Source of the DNA: Promethearchaeota archaeon
GTDB lineage: Archaea; Asgardarchaeota; Lokiarchaeia; Sigyniarchaeales; SOKP01
Length of the DNA stretch: 32,000 bases
Reading direction: 5' to 3'
NCBI GenBank assembly: GCA_030606485.1
Contig: JAUWGH010000001.1
Span: 480,001 to 512,000 of the forward strand
Shown: positions 1-9,910 of the stretch, piece after piece
Numbering within the stretch: the first letter of the stretch is position 1
Layout of the letters: each line of letters opens with the position of its first letter
Position numbers and translations under genes: made by a program
The notes under the pieces: model-generated
Told to the model about the DNA's origin: nothing
Databases searched by the model: none
The model's input: the letters and a program-made list of their open reading frames with translations, nothing else

Positions 1-2
1 TT

Positions 3-1175
3 GCTTGGGGGCTAAGTCTTATTTTTGGAATTATCAATGCTATCCGATATAAGTTTTTTTCTCTTACAAAATTAGACGATTATAAACTGTTAGATAGTCA
101 ATATTATTATAAATTAAAACCAATCGAGAATAAAATTACCAATATTGATTATTCAAGTATTAAATCAGAAGAAATGGATTTAATTTCAATCGTGATTGTC
201 ACTTATAATAATGAAAAAACAATAAAAGCTGTACTTAATTCAATCTTCAATTCATTTTTTAAAAATTTAGAAATTATTATAATCGATTGTAATTCTCAGG
301 ATAAAACAGTAGAAATTGTTAAAAGTTTTAAAAATCTAAAAATTAGACCATTTTTTTTGGAAAAAAATATAGGATATGCTAAAGCGAACAACTTTGGAGC
401 TAAAAAAAGTAAAGGTAAATTCGTCATTTTCTTAAACCCAGACGCAGTTTTTGAAAAAAACACTATTTCTGGTTTATATCATACATATCAAGAATTAAGA
501 AAAAACTATAATAAAATCATTTTATCTCCTAAAATTAATATTTTATCCAAAGGGCTCCAAATTTTCAAAATTGGAACAATTAACTCGATGGGATTTGCAT
601 TTTTCGATCATTTGGATGGATATAAAGAAAAAGTTATTCAAAAGACAGATTTCGTCTCTGGTTGTTGTATTTTTATAGCTCTACAAGACTTTTTTGATTT
701 AAATGCCTTTAATTCAAAATATTTTATGTATTACGAAGATGTAGAATTCTCAATTAGAGCGAGATATCGTAGATATAAATTGTTTGTTATTAACAATCTT
801 TCTATTACGCACTTGAAATCAGATTTAGATTATAAATTAAATAAAAATAAATACTATTTTGTTGAAAGGAATAGAATTATAACTTTACTTCGATATAATC
901 CTAGAAAAAAGAAGAATATTATCAAAATTATATTATTTGAACCAATATCAATTATTCATGCACTTTTTAATGGATTCTTGTCTATGCGAGCATTGATTTA
1001 TTCATATTTTTTAAAAAATAGGAAAACAAAATCTTTTGAAAATCTAAAAAATAAGGTAGTTATTAGCAATAAAACGCGAACTAAAGATCTTTTCTTTTTT
1101 TCTGGTTTTAAACCACAATATCAATTTCTTTTAATTTTTTTCGAATGGTATTTAAAAATTCTAAATAAAATTTAA
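3..1175 (+). CDS. GT2 family glycosyltransferase (WbbL/rhamnosyltransferase-like); 5'-partial, probably the C-terminal domain of a longer protein
   Basis: Motifs ISIVIVTYN, IIDCNSQD, FLNPDA, GCCIF, YFMYYEDVEFSIRA. The frame is open from position 3 to the ATG at 174 (AWGLSLIFGIINAIRY...SEE-MDL), so the true start may lie left of the window. Confidence 0.88.
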   Translation, partial: AWGLSLIFGIINAIRYKFFSLTKLDDYKLLDSQYYYKLKPIENKITNIDYSSIKSEEMDLISIVIVTYNNEKTIKAVLNSIFNSFFKNLEIIIIDCNSQDKTVEIVKSFKNLKIRPFFLEKNIGYAKANNFGAKKSKGKFVIFLNPDAVFEKNTISGLYHTYQELRKNYNKIILSPKINILSKGLQIFKIGTINSMGFAFFDHLDGYKEKVIQKTDFVSGCCIFIALQDFFDLNAFNSKYFMYYEDVEFSIRARYRRYKLFVINNLSITHLKSDLDYKLNKNKYYFVERNRIITLLRYNPRKKKNIIKIILFEPISIIHALFNGFLSMRALIYSYFLKNRKTKSFENLKNKVVISNKTRTKDLFFFSGFKPQYQFLLIFFEWYLKILNKI

Positions 1176-1285
1176 ATGAATTTTGTTTTAATTGAATGTT
1201 AAAATTTTCAAAAAAATTAACTATTTAATTTAATTATAATATTAAAAAAAAATACAAATTTTTTGAAAGTAAAAATAAGAAATCA

Positions 1286-2998
1286 ATGAGTAAAAATACT
1301 TATATTTTAGCTATAAATGATGGTCATGATTCTTCAATTGCATTGTTAAAAAATGGTAAAATTATTTTTGCTATTGAAGAAGAAAGATTGAGAAATATAA
1401 AGCACTTTTCTGGGGTTCCAATCCAATCATTATTTTTTTTATTTAATTATATTCCTATTAAACCAGAAGATATTGATCTTATCACAGTAGTCAGTTTAGT
1501 TCGAACTTATAATCCTAGTGATGTTCAGGTTCCTTTTTATATTAAAATTTATTCAAGATTTGCAAAATTAATTCAATTAAGACCAGTTCATAAAATTACA
1601 AATAAAATTCTTAGACGTTTGCGAAAGCAAAAAGATTTATTAAATATTTTAAAACATCTGAATCTTTCGGAAAAACCAATTGTTTTTATAGAACACCATC
1701 ACGCTCATGCAGCAAGTGTTTATAGGAATTCTCCTTGGGGTGAAGACGAAAGGGTATTGATATTTACGGCGGATGCTGCTGGAGATGGATTAAGTGCAAC
1801 AGTTTCTATAGGGTATAAAAATAAAATTAAACGCATTGCTGAATCAAATTTTTTTAATAGTTTAGGTAGATTTTATACCGAAGCAACTGGATATTTAGGA
1901 TTGAAGAGAGATAATGATGAATACAAATTAATGGGACTTGCACCTTATGGAAATTACAAATATTCTATTAATACTCTTAAAAAAATTATTCAAATAGATG
2001 ATAAAAATCCTTTAGAATTTAAAAATAAGACAAACTATTGGATGTATTCAATGGCCCAACATTTACAAAAACGCTTCAAGGAGCATCGATTTGATAACGT
2101 TGCTGCGGCAACACAAAAACATTTCGAAGATCTAATGATAAAATGGATAACAAACGCAATAAAGAAAACAAATATTCATAAAATTGCAATGAGTGGAGGA
2201 GTCTTTTTAAATGTTAAAGTAAATAAAAAAATACGTGAATTAAAGGAAGTTGAAAAAATGTTTGTATATCCCGCAGCGGGAGACGGGGGAACTGCTGCTG
2301 GTGCAGGTTTAGAAGCATATTTCCAATATTGTAAAATAAAAGATTTAAAATATAAACGATTTCCGTTAAAACAAATATATTATGGCCCTGAATATGATAA
2401 TGCTTTAATTGAGAAGTATCTTGAGAGATATAAAACAAAATATCATTATGAAAGAATTGATAAAATTGAAGAATATCTAGCAGAAAATATAATAAAGGGA
2501 AAAATATTTGGTAGATTTTCAGAAAGAATGGAATGGGGCCCAAGAGCACTTGGAAATCGTAGTATTGTTGCAGATCCACGGGAAATCAAAGTTATTAAAA
2601 AAATAAATGAAATGATAAAATATAGAACTTGGTGGATGCCATTTGCTCCAACAATTTTAAAAGAGAGAGCAGAAGATTATCTTGTTAATCCGGTTAAAGC
2701 ACCATATATGATTGATGCGTTTGACACAACCTCAAATAGAAAAGATATAATCGCTAGTATTCACCCTTATGATGAAACATGCCGCCCTCAAATATTAGAA
2801 GAGGATTGGAATCCATCTTATCATAGATTAATTTCAAAGTTTCAAGAATTAACTGGTGTTGGAGCTGTACTTAATACAAGTTTTAATTTACATGGATATC
2901 CAATTGTTTGTTCACCTAGGAATGCGTTATGGGTATTAGATAATTCGAAATTAGATGGTGTTGCGATAGGAAATTATTTAATTTCAAAAAGGAAATGA
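1286..2998 (+). CDS. O-carbamoyltransferase, NodU/CmcH/TobZ family (Kae1-like N-domain plus YrdC-like C-domain)
   Basis: Family motifs HDSSIAL, EEERL...KH, EHHHAHAAS, YKLMGLAPYG, GGVFLNVKVN, PAAGDGG, EWGPRALGNRS, PFAP, VLNTSFNLHGYPIV. Confidence 0.95.
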   Translation: MSKNTYILAINDGHDSSIALLKNGKIIFAIEEERLRNIKHFSGVPIQSLFFLFNYIPIKPEDIDLITVVSLVRTYNPSDVQVPFYIKIYSRFAKLIQLRPVHKITNKILRRLRKQKDLLNILKHLNLSEKPIVFIEHHHAHAASVYRNSPWGEDERVLIFTADAAGDGLSATVSIGYKNKIKRIAESNFFNSLGRFYTEATGYLGLKRDNDEYKLMGLAPYGNYKYSINTLKKIIQIDDKNPLEFKNKTNYWMYSMAQHLQKRFKEHRFDNVAAATQKHFEDLMIKWITNAIKKTNIHKIAMSGGVFLNVKVNKKIRELKEVEKMFVYPAAGDGGTAAGAGLEAYFQYCKIKDLKYKRFPLKQIYYGPEYDNALIEKYLERYKTKYHYERIDKIEEYLAENIIKGKIFGRFSERMEWGPRALGNRSIVADPREIKVIKKINEMIKYRTWWMPFAPTILKERAEDYLVNPVKAPYMIDAFDTTSNRKDIIASIHPYDETCRPQILEEDWNPSYHRLISKFQELTGVGAVLNTSFNLHGYPIVCSPRNALWVLDNSKLDGVAIGNYLISKRK

Positions 2999-3010
2999 TG
3001 ATTTTTCAAA

Positions 3011-4186
3011 ATGAAAATTGCAAGAATAATTCCATATTTTAAATCGGGTTTTGGAGGGCCAGTCAATCATCTTAAGAAATTATTATTAGGTATGCAAGAT
3101 TTGAATATTGAGAATTATATCTTAACTACAAATATTGATAAGAAAAACTCTTTATTAAGTAAGAACCAAATTCTTTATTTAAAAAATTTTAAAATTTTTA
3201 AATATGTTCCGCTTTTAAAATTTTATCATTTTTTTTTGACACCGCAAATGATTGTTGATTTAATAAAAAATAAATTTGATATAATTGATTTACGATGTTT
3301 TAGAAACTTTCAAGTTGATTTTGCTTTACTTTTTTATTCAATTTTCCGAAGAAATATCCCAATAATTTTTAATACTCATGGAACATTGTCAACACCAGAT
3401 CTTTCAAGAATTAAGAATCTATTTAAGAAAGTATATTATACTTTTTTTGAGAAATTTTTACTAAAAAGAGTAAATTATTTCATTGTTGTGTCTCTCTCAG
3501 AAAAAAATATATTAGTCGAAAAAGGAATTCCATCTGAAAAAATCTTAGTTATCTCTCATGGTAAAAACCTATTAATCGATTCAAATGATATTAAATCAGG
3601 AAATTTTCGAAATAAATATAAAATTGATAAAAATACCATTCTTATTTCATGCATTGGTCGAATTTATCAAGGAAAAGGAATTCAATATTTATTAAGAGCC
3701 GTTCCAGAATTAAAAAAAAATATTAAAAATTTTAAAATCATTATTACAGGTAAAAATGATGGGTTTCTTGACTATTTGCAAGAATTAATAAAAAGTCTTA
3801 AAATTGAAAAAGAGATTCTTTTGGTGGGATTTTTATCAAAAAAGGATGATCAACTCTGGGAATTATATAAAGATACAGATTTTTTAGTTTCACCTTCATT
3901 ATCAGAAAGTTTTGGGCATGTATTTATAGAAGGAATTTCTTTTAAAATACCAATTCTTTATTCAAATCAAAATAATCTATTTTTAAAAGATGGCAAAAGT
4001 GGTATATATACTCCTTTTGGAAATTATAAAAAAATTGCTGAGGCAATAATCAACCTAATTAACAAACCAAAACTTAAAGATCTTCTTGTTTCAAATGCAA
4101 TTTTAGCATTAAATGATTTTCCAACTTGGGAGAAAATTTTTAAAATTCATAATAAATTATATCAAATTTTAAAGAAGAAGAGATAA
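3011..4186 (+). CDS. GT4 family glycosyltransferase (GT-B fold)
   Basis: N-terminal IIPYF..GFGGP, THG, IGRIYQGKG, PSLSESFGHVFIEG (ExFGxxxxE motif). Same subfamily as 24622..25827. Confidence 0.92.
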   Translation: MKIARIIPYFKSGFGGPVNHLKKLLLGMQDLNIENYILTTNIDKKNSLLSKNQILYLKNFKIFKYVPLLKFYHFFLTPQMIVDLIKNKFDIIDLRCFRNFQVDFALLFYSIFRRNIPIIFNTHGTLSTPDLSRIKNLFKKVYYTFFEKFLLKRVNYFIVVSLSEKNILVEKGIPSEKILVISHGKNLLIDSNDIKSGNFRNKYKIDKNTILISCIGRIYQGKGIQYLLRAVPELKKNIKNFKIIITGKNDGFLDYLQELIKSLKIEKEILLVGFLSKKDDQLWELYKDTDFLVSPSLSESFGHVFIEGISFKIPILYSNQNNLFLKDGKSGIYTPFGNYKKIAEAIINLINKPKLKDLLVSNAILALNDFPTWEKIFKIHNKLYQILKKKR

Positions 4187-4187
4187 T

Positions 4188-4575
4188 CTATTATTATATT
4201 GGTACATTTATCCAATTTATATTTGGGATACAGTTACAATGTGGGATGTAAAAGTCAAGTATTTTTTTTTATGATGGTAATTTTAAATATTTTATTGAAA
4301 TCCCTCACCCTTATCCATTATTAGTTCCTCTAAATCTAAATTATTTTTATTCAATTTTTTTCCAATATCATTATTTCACTAAAATTGTATTTATCTCCTA
4401 TTTCTTTTTCCTAATTATATTTGTATATTATTCATTTAGATTTTTTAAATTAAACAGATCCTATTCGTTAATTATTTCTACTTTTTTAGTCCTAAGTTCT
4501 AGTAGGTATCATTCTCTTTATTATTTTGCATATAGCCACCTTGAATTAAAATTCATCATTATTGAAAATACATAA
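4188..4575 (+). pseudogene. Internal fragment of a polytopic GT-C-like (GT39-like) membrane protein gene; no start codon, frameshift in T9 run
   Basis: Manual translation: LLLYWYIYPIYIWDTVTMWDVKVKYFF-[slip at T9 4262-4270]-YDGNFKYFIEIPHPYPLLVPLNLNYFYS...hydrophobic...ENT*. This resembles the P...WD...W..K.K.F...G...YPLLVP signature of GT-C-like membrane proteins. It starts immediately after the GT4 stop. Confidence 0.62.
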
Positions 4576-4617
4576 AAAGAACATTTTAATGAATTAAAAG
4601 AATTATAAGAATATAGA

Positions 4618-6729
4618 ATGAAATTTAATAGATACTATTTAGTTCTTGAGTTTTTTATTATACTCCTTTATTTATTAATGAATTTATTTTCGATAATTAT
4701 TTTCCCGATAAACATTATATTAGGATTTATTTGTATTTTATTTTTACCTGGATATAATCTTTTAAAATTGATAAGACCTAATTCAAATTTGATTGAAAAA
4801 TTAGGTTATTCGACATTTTTTAGTCTTGCAATTGAAAATATCCTAATGTTTATTATTTATTTTAGCTTTTTTAATTATGTTCAAAAATCTGGAAGGTACG
4901 CCTTTATATTCTGGCATGAACTGTTGATTTTAATAATTCAAATAATCAGCATTTTTCTTATTTTACTAAATATATTTTTAAACAAGAGTCAAAAAAAAAG
5001 TAATAAAATAATTAAATATTTCAAAGGAATAAAGAAAAATATTAACCAAAAGGATTTATTGATTATTACAGGGCTACTTGTTTCATTAATATTTCTATGC
5101 ATTTCTGTATTTTTCAATGAAGTGAAATATGATAATTTTAGTACAGTTAAAAAAGATTATCTATTAAATTTCACATTTTTTTCTCGCGTTCCTTTAATCT
5201 TTTATATCTTTTTAACTTCATCTATAATTTTTTTAGTATATATCCTATTTCAAGTAAAAAATAAATATTTAATGTTATTTTCTATGAGTATTTTTCTTTA
5301 CTGTTTATGGATCCTCCCATATCTTCAAATAAAAGGAGTTGTAGCCTCAGATATGGATTTTTTAAAAACGATTTATGAAAATTATCTAATTTTTGGAATT
5401 AATTCCAATGAAGTTGGTTGTTTTATCATATTATTTAGGACCTTTAAATCTATTAGATATTCCACAAGTCTTTTTACTTCAATCTTATTAACATTCGGCA
5501 TGAAATCAGATGTCGATTTCGCATTAGTGTTTCTTTATCCACTAATTTTTATATTTATACCATTCTTTTTTTACTCGATTTTTCAAAAATTTTCAAAAAG
5601 TAAAAATGAAAACGAAATTTCATTGCGAATCTTAATGCTACTTGTAATTATAACGACTTCTATCATAAAAAATGTTCGAACTCCCACTACAGCTATTATC
5701 GGCTCAATAACATTCATTATTTTAATCATAGAATTTTTTAAATTTATTAACGATGATAATAGGAAATTAAGAGAAATATTTCTTTTTATTTTCCTCTACT
5801 TTTTTTTAACTCTAACTCATCTTGAGGAATGTGTTTATTTTTTATTATTGATGCCATTATATACCATTTATTTTATCCTATTTAAACTCAAGGACAATAG
5901 TGATAATAGAGAAATAATAAAATCGTTAAAAAGATTTTTTTTAATTATTGGCTTACTATATTTAATTTTATCAACTATATTTATAACATTACAGGAATTT
6001 TTTGGTTCCACGATTTATTATTTTGGAAAATTTAGAGATATACCTTACATCTCGATAATTTTTGATATGTATTGGAGTACAAGAGTAGTATTATATCCAC
6101 TTATGGAAGGGTGCCTTTCTATTAGTCTTTTTTTACTCGGAATAACTATAATTGGAATTAGTGGGTCTATTATAATTTTATACTTATTCTTCTCTAGTTT
6201 TTTTCATATTTTGATAAAAATTTATAATAAACTTATTGGTATTATCAGTAAAATTCATAGTTTCCTTTCAAAACTAATTTCTGTGAAAATTATACAAATA
6301 GCAATTCCATTTTTATTATTTAGTATGATAATCGGAATTGATTTTATTTTTCCCTATCTTGAAATGGAAGGATTTCTCATAATAATTGAAGTTGTCTTAA
6401 GTTATTCAATAATCGTGTTCAATGTATTTTTATTTATTAAAGGGGTTCCCTATTATCGTACTCATAAAAATAAACAAGATTATTTTCTGATCCTTATGGT
6501 TATATTGTTTGTCTTTATGATATTTTTAGGTATTGGAGATCTGCTTCTTGCATGGTATCATTTTAATTCTAGAATTATCACGTTTTCGATTTTTTATAAT
6601 TTGATGATAATACAAAATACTTATTTCGATGATTTTATAAGTAAGAAGAATAAATATTTAGTAATTTTAGTGTTTTTACTTCTCGGCTTTGGAACATTTT
6701 ACAGCTTAAGAAAATTAGGTTTTGGATAA
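4618..6729 (+). CDS. Polytopic membrane protein, DUF1616/DUF2206-like (putative GT-C fold); paralog of 22054..24171
   Basis: 703 aa, mostly hydrophobic helices; N-terminal ILGFICILFLPGY; loop Asp (VASDMD); LTHLEE; ends YSLRKLGFG. Collinear similarity to the 705-aa ORF is visible by eye. Confidence 0.8.
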   Translation: MKFNRYYLVLEFFIILLYLLMNLFSIIIFPINIILGFICILFLPGYNLLKLIRPNSNLIEKLGYSTFFSLAIENILMFIIYFSFFNYVQKSGRYAFIFWHELLILIIQIISIFLILLNIFLNKSQKKSNKIIKYFKGIKKNINQKDLLIITGLLVSLIFLCISVFFNEVKYDNFSTVKKDYLLNFTFFSRVPLIFYIFLTSSIIFLVYILFQVKNKYLMLFSMSIFLYCLWILPYLQIKGVVASDMDFLKTIYENYLIFGINSNEVGCFIILFRTFKSIRYSTSLFTSILLTFGMKSDVDFALVFLYPLIFIFIPFFFYSIFQKFSKSKNENEISLRILMLLVIITTSIIKNVRTPTTAIIGSITFIILIIEFFKFINDDNRKLREIFLFIFLYFFLTLTHLEECVYFLLLMPLYTIYFILFKLKDNSDNREIIKSLKRFFLIIGLLYLILSTIFITLQEFFGSTIYYFGKFRDIPYISIIFDMYWSTRVVLYPLMEGCLSISLFLLGITIIGISGSIIILYLFFSSFFHILIKIYNKLIGIISKIHSFLSKLISVKIIQIAIPFLLFSMIIGIDFIFPYLEMEGFLIIIEVVLSYSIIVFNVFLFIKGVPYYRTHKNKQDYFLILMVILFVFMIFLGIGDLLLAWYHFNSRIITFSIFYNLMIIQNTYFDDFISKKNKYLVILVFLLLGFGTFYSLRKLGFG

Positions 6730-6859
6730 GGAAATCTTTTCAATTATAATTTTACAATGAATATTGATAACAAAGATTAAACCTTTTATTCCGCTTATAC
6801 AATATAATAAATAATTTATGTAAAACATAAATATAGAAATTAATTTTTATTTTCATATT

Positions 6860-9319
6860 ATGCCTGAAAATTCTTTATCTGTTGAAGAAAAGGAAATACT
6901 TAAAAAACCCTTTGAATTATTTGAATTTTTACATAAACATTACAAGATTTTCCTATTATTTGTCAGTTTTAACTTAATTTTTTTAATTTCCTTTATTTTT
7001 TTTTCAATGATTGATAGGAATTGGAATTGGCTCAACTCAATCTTTCAATCAGATACTTTAAATATTTCAGGATATATGGAACTTCTTTTCTTCAAAATAT
7101 TTAATTATGTAAAGCTAACATATGCATTTCTTTTGTTTTATTTAGTTCCAGGGATTTTAATTGCAAACTTATTATTTACCGCAAAATTCAAACTCGATTT
7201 TTTAATTTTGAGTTTAATCACAGGTGTATTATGGGTCTCACTTCTATTTGCTCTTTTAGGATGTATATTTGGCTATTCTTATTATTTATTTTTAGTTATT
7301 AATATTTCTATTATAATTGTACTTGCATTTCTGAATTATCTACAGTGGTTAAAAAATAATAAAATTGAAAATCGATTCATTAATATTGAAATTATTAAAC
7401 GAATTGGAGCGAAAGTACCAGCTAAAATCCCTGTAGAAAAAGTTTCTGGTACCGATCATCTAAAGGAGACAAAGGGAATATCTTACGAAGAAGTTTTTCT
7501 AAAACCATATTCTAAAATCGAATCTATAGCTTGGAGAATTATTGTATTCATTGCTGCATTTTCTTTTTTATTTGCTAGTTTAGTGAAGTTCGTACCTTAT
7601 GATACTGATGCTCAAGGGTTTGGATTTTTAGCTTTGGTTGTTAGGGATGGATGTACTATCGATACATTAGAACCATTTTCTGATATAAAATACATTTATG
7701 GACCTATTTATTTCATTACAATCGCTTTTTTGTCTAATTTAACTGGTGCGATTATTCCAGATGTAATGGTGTTTTTTGGAGGGCTTAGCGCTTTTCTTAT
7801 TGTAATTTTTTTAGGTTATGTCTTAACTATAATTACTAAAAAAAGAATCATTGGGATAATTGGTTCTTTTTTTATAATGTATATGTCTCACCGACTTTGG
7901 ACAACATTTTTAGATACCGGTTATACCTCATTATTTGGTCATATCTTTTTACTAATTTTTATTGGTTTTCTTTTTCTTAGCATTAGGACAAAATATAAAA
8001 GATATATCGTATTTTCTGGAGCAAGTTTTGCTTGTTTAATGATGACTCACCCAGATACATTGTTCAATGGGATATTTTTCTCTGTTTCAATAGTAATCAG
8101 TCTATTAATCTATTGTTTGGTTTATTTCTTGTCTCAAAATAATAAAGTAGAAAAGACTCAATCAAAAACTAAATTATTGAATGTTTTTTTGTGGGAATTT
8201 ATCGTAATAATTATTATTTTTTTGATAGCCATAGGATTTTCGATCGTATATTACTATCGAGTTATTGGTTATATTTTCTCACCAACAGAAAATATGTTGA
8301 GTAAAATGGGTGGTCTACATTCCACCTATTTTCCTACATATATTAATACAATATTTAGAAATCGAGATCCAACTTTAATGTTCGGTATATTTCTTATATT
8401 AGATAATTGGATTGAGATTTTCAGCATCCTCTTCTTAGTAATTGGGATTATTGCTGCAATATTTCTGTGTTTTAAGCAGAAAAGCAACGACATTCTATGG
8501 TATCTCTCTTTCCCGATTTGTTTGATTTTAATTATTGATTTTGGCTCTTTTGGGATAATAAATAATCTGTTAAAAGATAATATTATTTTAGGACCTATTA
8601 TCGGGCTTAATTATCCTTTTATGACTTCCTGGCGAGGACCGATGATCTTTGAGCCACTAATTTTTGCAATAGGATTTTTAACAATTATCTTCTTTCTAAT
8701 AAAAGCAATCAAAAAATTAGTTATTATATTAAAAATAGAGAGATTTGTTGAAAAAACCCAAAAAAAATTTAAATTAGATTGGAAAGTGTTCGTTATTGGG
8801 GTTATAGTAATTCATAGCTCCATTTCTTACGCATTCTCACCAAGAATTTTGTTCTATAATATCCCTCAATTTTTTGTTCCGCATTCCCCCGACTTAAGTA
8901 GTCCTCTACCTCTTAAAGTTGATTTGCGAAAAACTTGTGGTTCATGCTGTTTTGCCGATTATTACGATCTTCTCATGTTTGAATGGATTCGCGAAAATAC
9001 TGAGAAAGATATTATGATTCTCAACGATAATGGATTTCCTGGACATTGGGTGCCATCTTTTACCGAAAGGGAATGTGTCTTTTGGAGGTCTCAACCCTTT
9101 TTTGAAGAAAATGTTTATTTAATTTCAAAAGATTCTTCAATTTTTACAAATCCAACAGAAGAAGATTGGGAAATGTTGCTTGAAAATAATGTCACGCACA
9201 TATTAACCTCTGATTTATCTCCAAATGAAGTATTTGATACAGTTGTATGGTTAGAACAAGTTCATAAAATAAATAATGCTGTTCTTTATCATGTCATTCA
9301 ATTAGATGAAATTAGTTAA
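6860..9319 (+). CDS. Large polytopic GT-C-like membrane protein with a C-terminal extracytoplasmic domain resembling STT3/AglB
   Basis: 819 aa, many TM helices; loop PYDTDAQGFGFLALVVRDG; YGP; THP; C-terminal MFEWIRENTEKDIMILNDNGFPGHW and LLENNVTHIL match the layout of the AglB/STT3 soluble domain, but WWDYG is absent. Confidence 0.7.
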   Translation: MPENSLSVEEKEILKKPFELFEFLHKHYKIFLLFVSFNLIFLISFIFFSMIDRNWNWLNSIFQSDTLNISGYMELLFFKIFNYVKLTYAFLLFYLVPGILIANLLFTAKFKLDFLILSLITGVLWVSLLFALLGCIFGYSYYLFLVINISIIIVLAFLNYLQWLKNNKIENRFINIEIIKRIGAKVPAKIPVEKVSGTDHLKETKGISYEEVFLKPYSKIESIAWRIIVFIAAFSFLFASLVKFVPYDTDAQGFGFLALVVRDGCTIDTLEPFSDIKYIYGPIYFITIAFLSNLTGAIIPDVMVFFGGLSAFLIVIFLGYVLTIITKKRIIGIIGSFFIMYMSHRLWTTFLDTGYTSLFGHIFLLIFIGFLFLSIRTKYKRYIVFSGASFACLMMTHPDTLFNGIFFSVSIVISLLIYCLVYFLSQNNKVEKTQSKTKLLNVFLWEFIVIIIIFLIAIGFSIVYYYRVIGYIFSPTENMLSKMGGLHSTYFPTYINTIFRNRDPTLMFGIFLILDNWIEIFSILFLVIGIIAAIFLCFKQKSNDILWYLSFPICLILIIDFGSFGIINNLLKDNIILGPIIGLNYPFMTSWRGPMIFEPLIFAIGFLTIIFFLIKAIKKLVIILKIERFVEKTQKKFKLDWKVFVIGVIVIHSSISYAFSPRILFYNIPQFFVPHSPDLSSPLPLKVDLRKTCGSCCFADYYDLLMFEWIRENTEKDIMILNDNGFPGHWVPSFTERECVFWRSQPFFEENVYLISKDSSIFTNPTEEDWEMLLENNVTHILTSDLSPNEVFDTVVWLEQVHKINNAVLYHVIQLDEIS

Positions 9320-9321
9320 AT

Positions 9322-9827
9322 CTAAATTAAGGATTCATAGATTTCAATGTATTTTTTAAATTGATTTTTACATGTGAAATTTTTTAAAATATATTCTCTA
9401 CTTTTTCTCTCCACTTCTTTTTTTTTTTAGGATTTTCTAAATAAAAAGAAATTTTTTCAGCTAAATCCTCATCATTTTCAGAATGAAAAATATCTCCTGA
9501 AATACCTGATTTAACTATTTCGGTTAATCCTTTAACATCACTTACAATGAGTAATTTTTGCATTGCCAAAATTTCTAGAGGTTTTTGTGGAATAACTAAG
9601 TTGCAAACTGTCACATTTATACGTGGAATTATTAAAATATCAAAAAGTGTATAGTATTCTTTTATTTCTTTATAAGGAATAATACCAGTAAATATTACCT
9701 TACCCCCGATTCTTAATTCATGAATTAATTTACTCAACTCAAACTTAAGTTCATTAATTATTCTACCGACAAGTAATACGACTAAATTTTCGAATTTTTT
9801 TGAAATTTTTGCAAATGCTTTTAAAAT
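9322..9827 (-). pseudogene. C-terminal half of a GT4 glycosyltransferase; 5'-truncated, frameshift in A11 run
   Basis: Reading starts without an ATG: ILKAFAKISKKFENLVVLLVGR...FTGIIPYKEIKEYYTLFDILIIPR...PQKPLEILAM...ENPKKK. After a slip at T11 (9418-9428) it continues EVERKSREYILKNFTCKNQFKKYIEIYESLI* (TAG 9324-9322), a typical GT4 terminus. The 117-aa track ORF is part of this remnant. Confidence 0.85.
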
Positions 9828-9829
9828 CT

Positions 9830-9910
9830 ATAGAAAAATTACCGTTATGGGAGGAAGTTATTAAAAAACATTATAAACTATACCAACTATTAAAAGAAAA
9901 AAAAATATGA
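9830..9910 (+). pseudogene. 3' tail of a GT4 gene paralogous to 3011..4186
   Basis: IEKLPLWEEVIKKHYKLYQLLKEKKI* aligns without gaps to LNDFPTWEKIFKIHNKLYQILKKKR* of 3011..4186. Its TGA (9908-9910) overlaps the next ATG (ATGA), as in a coupled operon. Confidence 0.7.
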
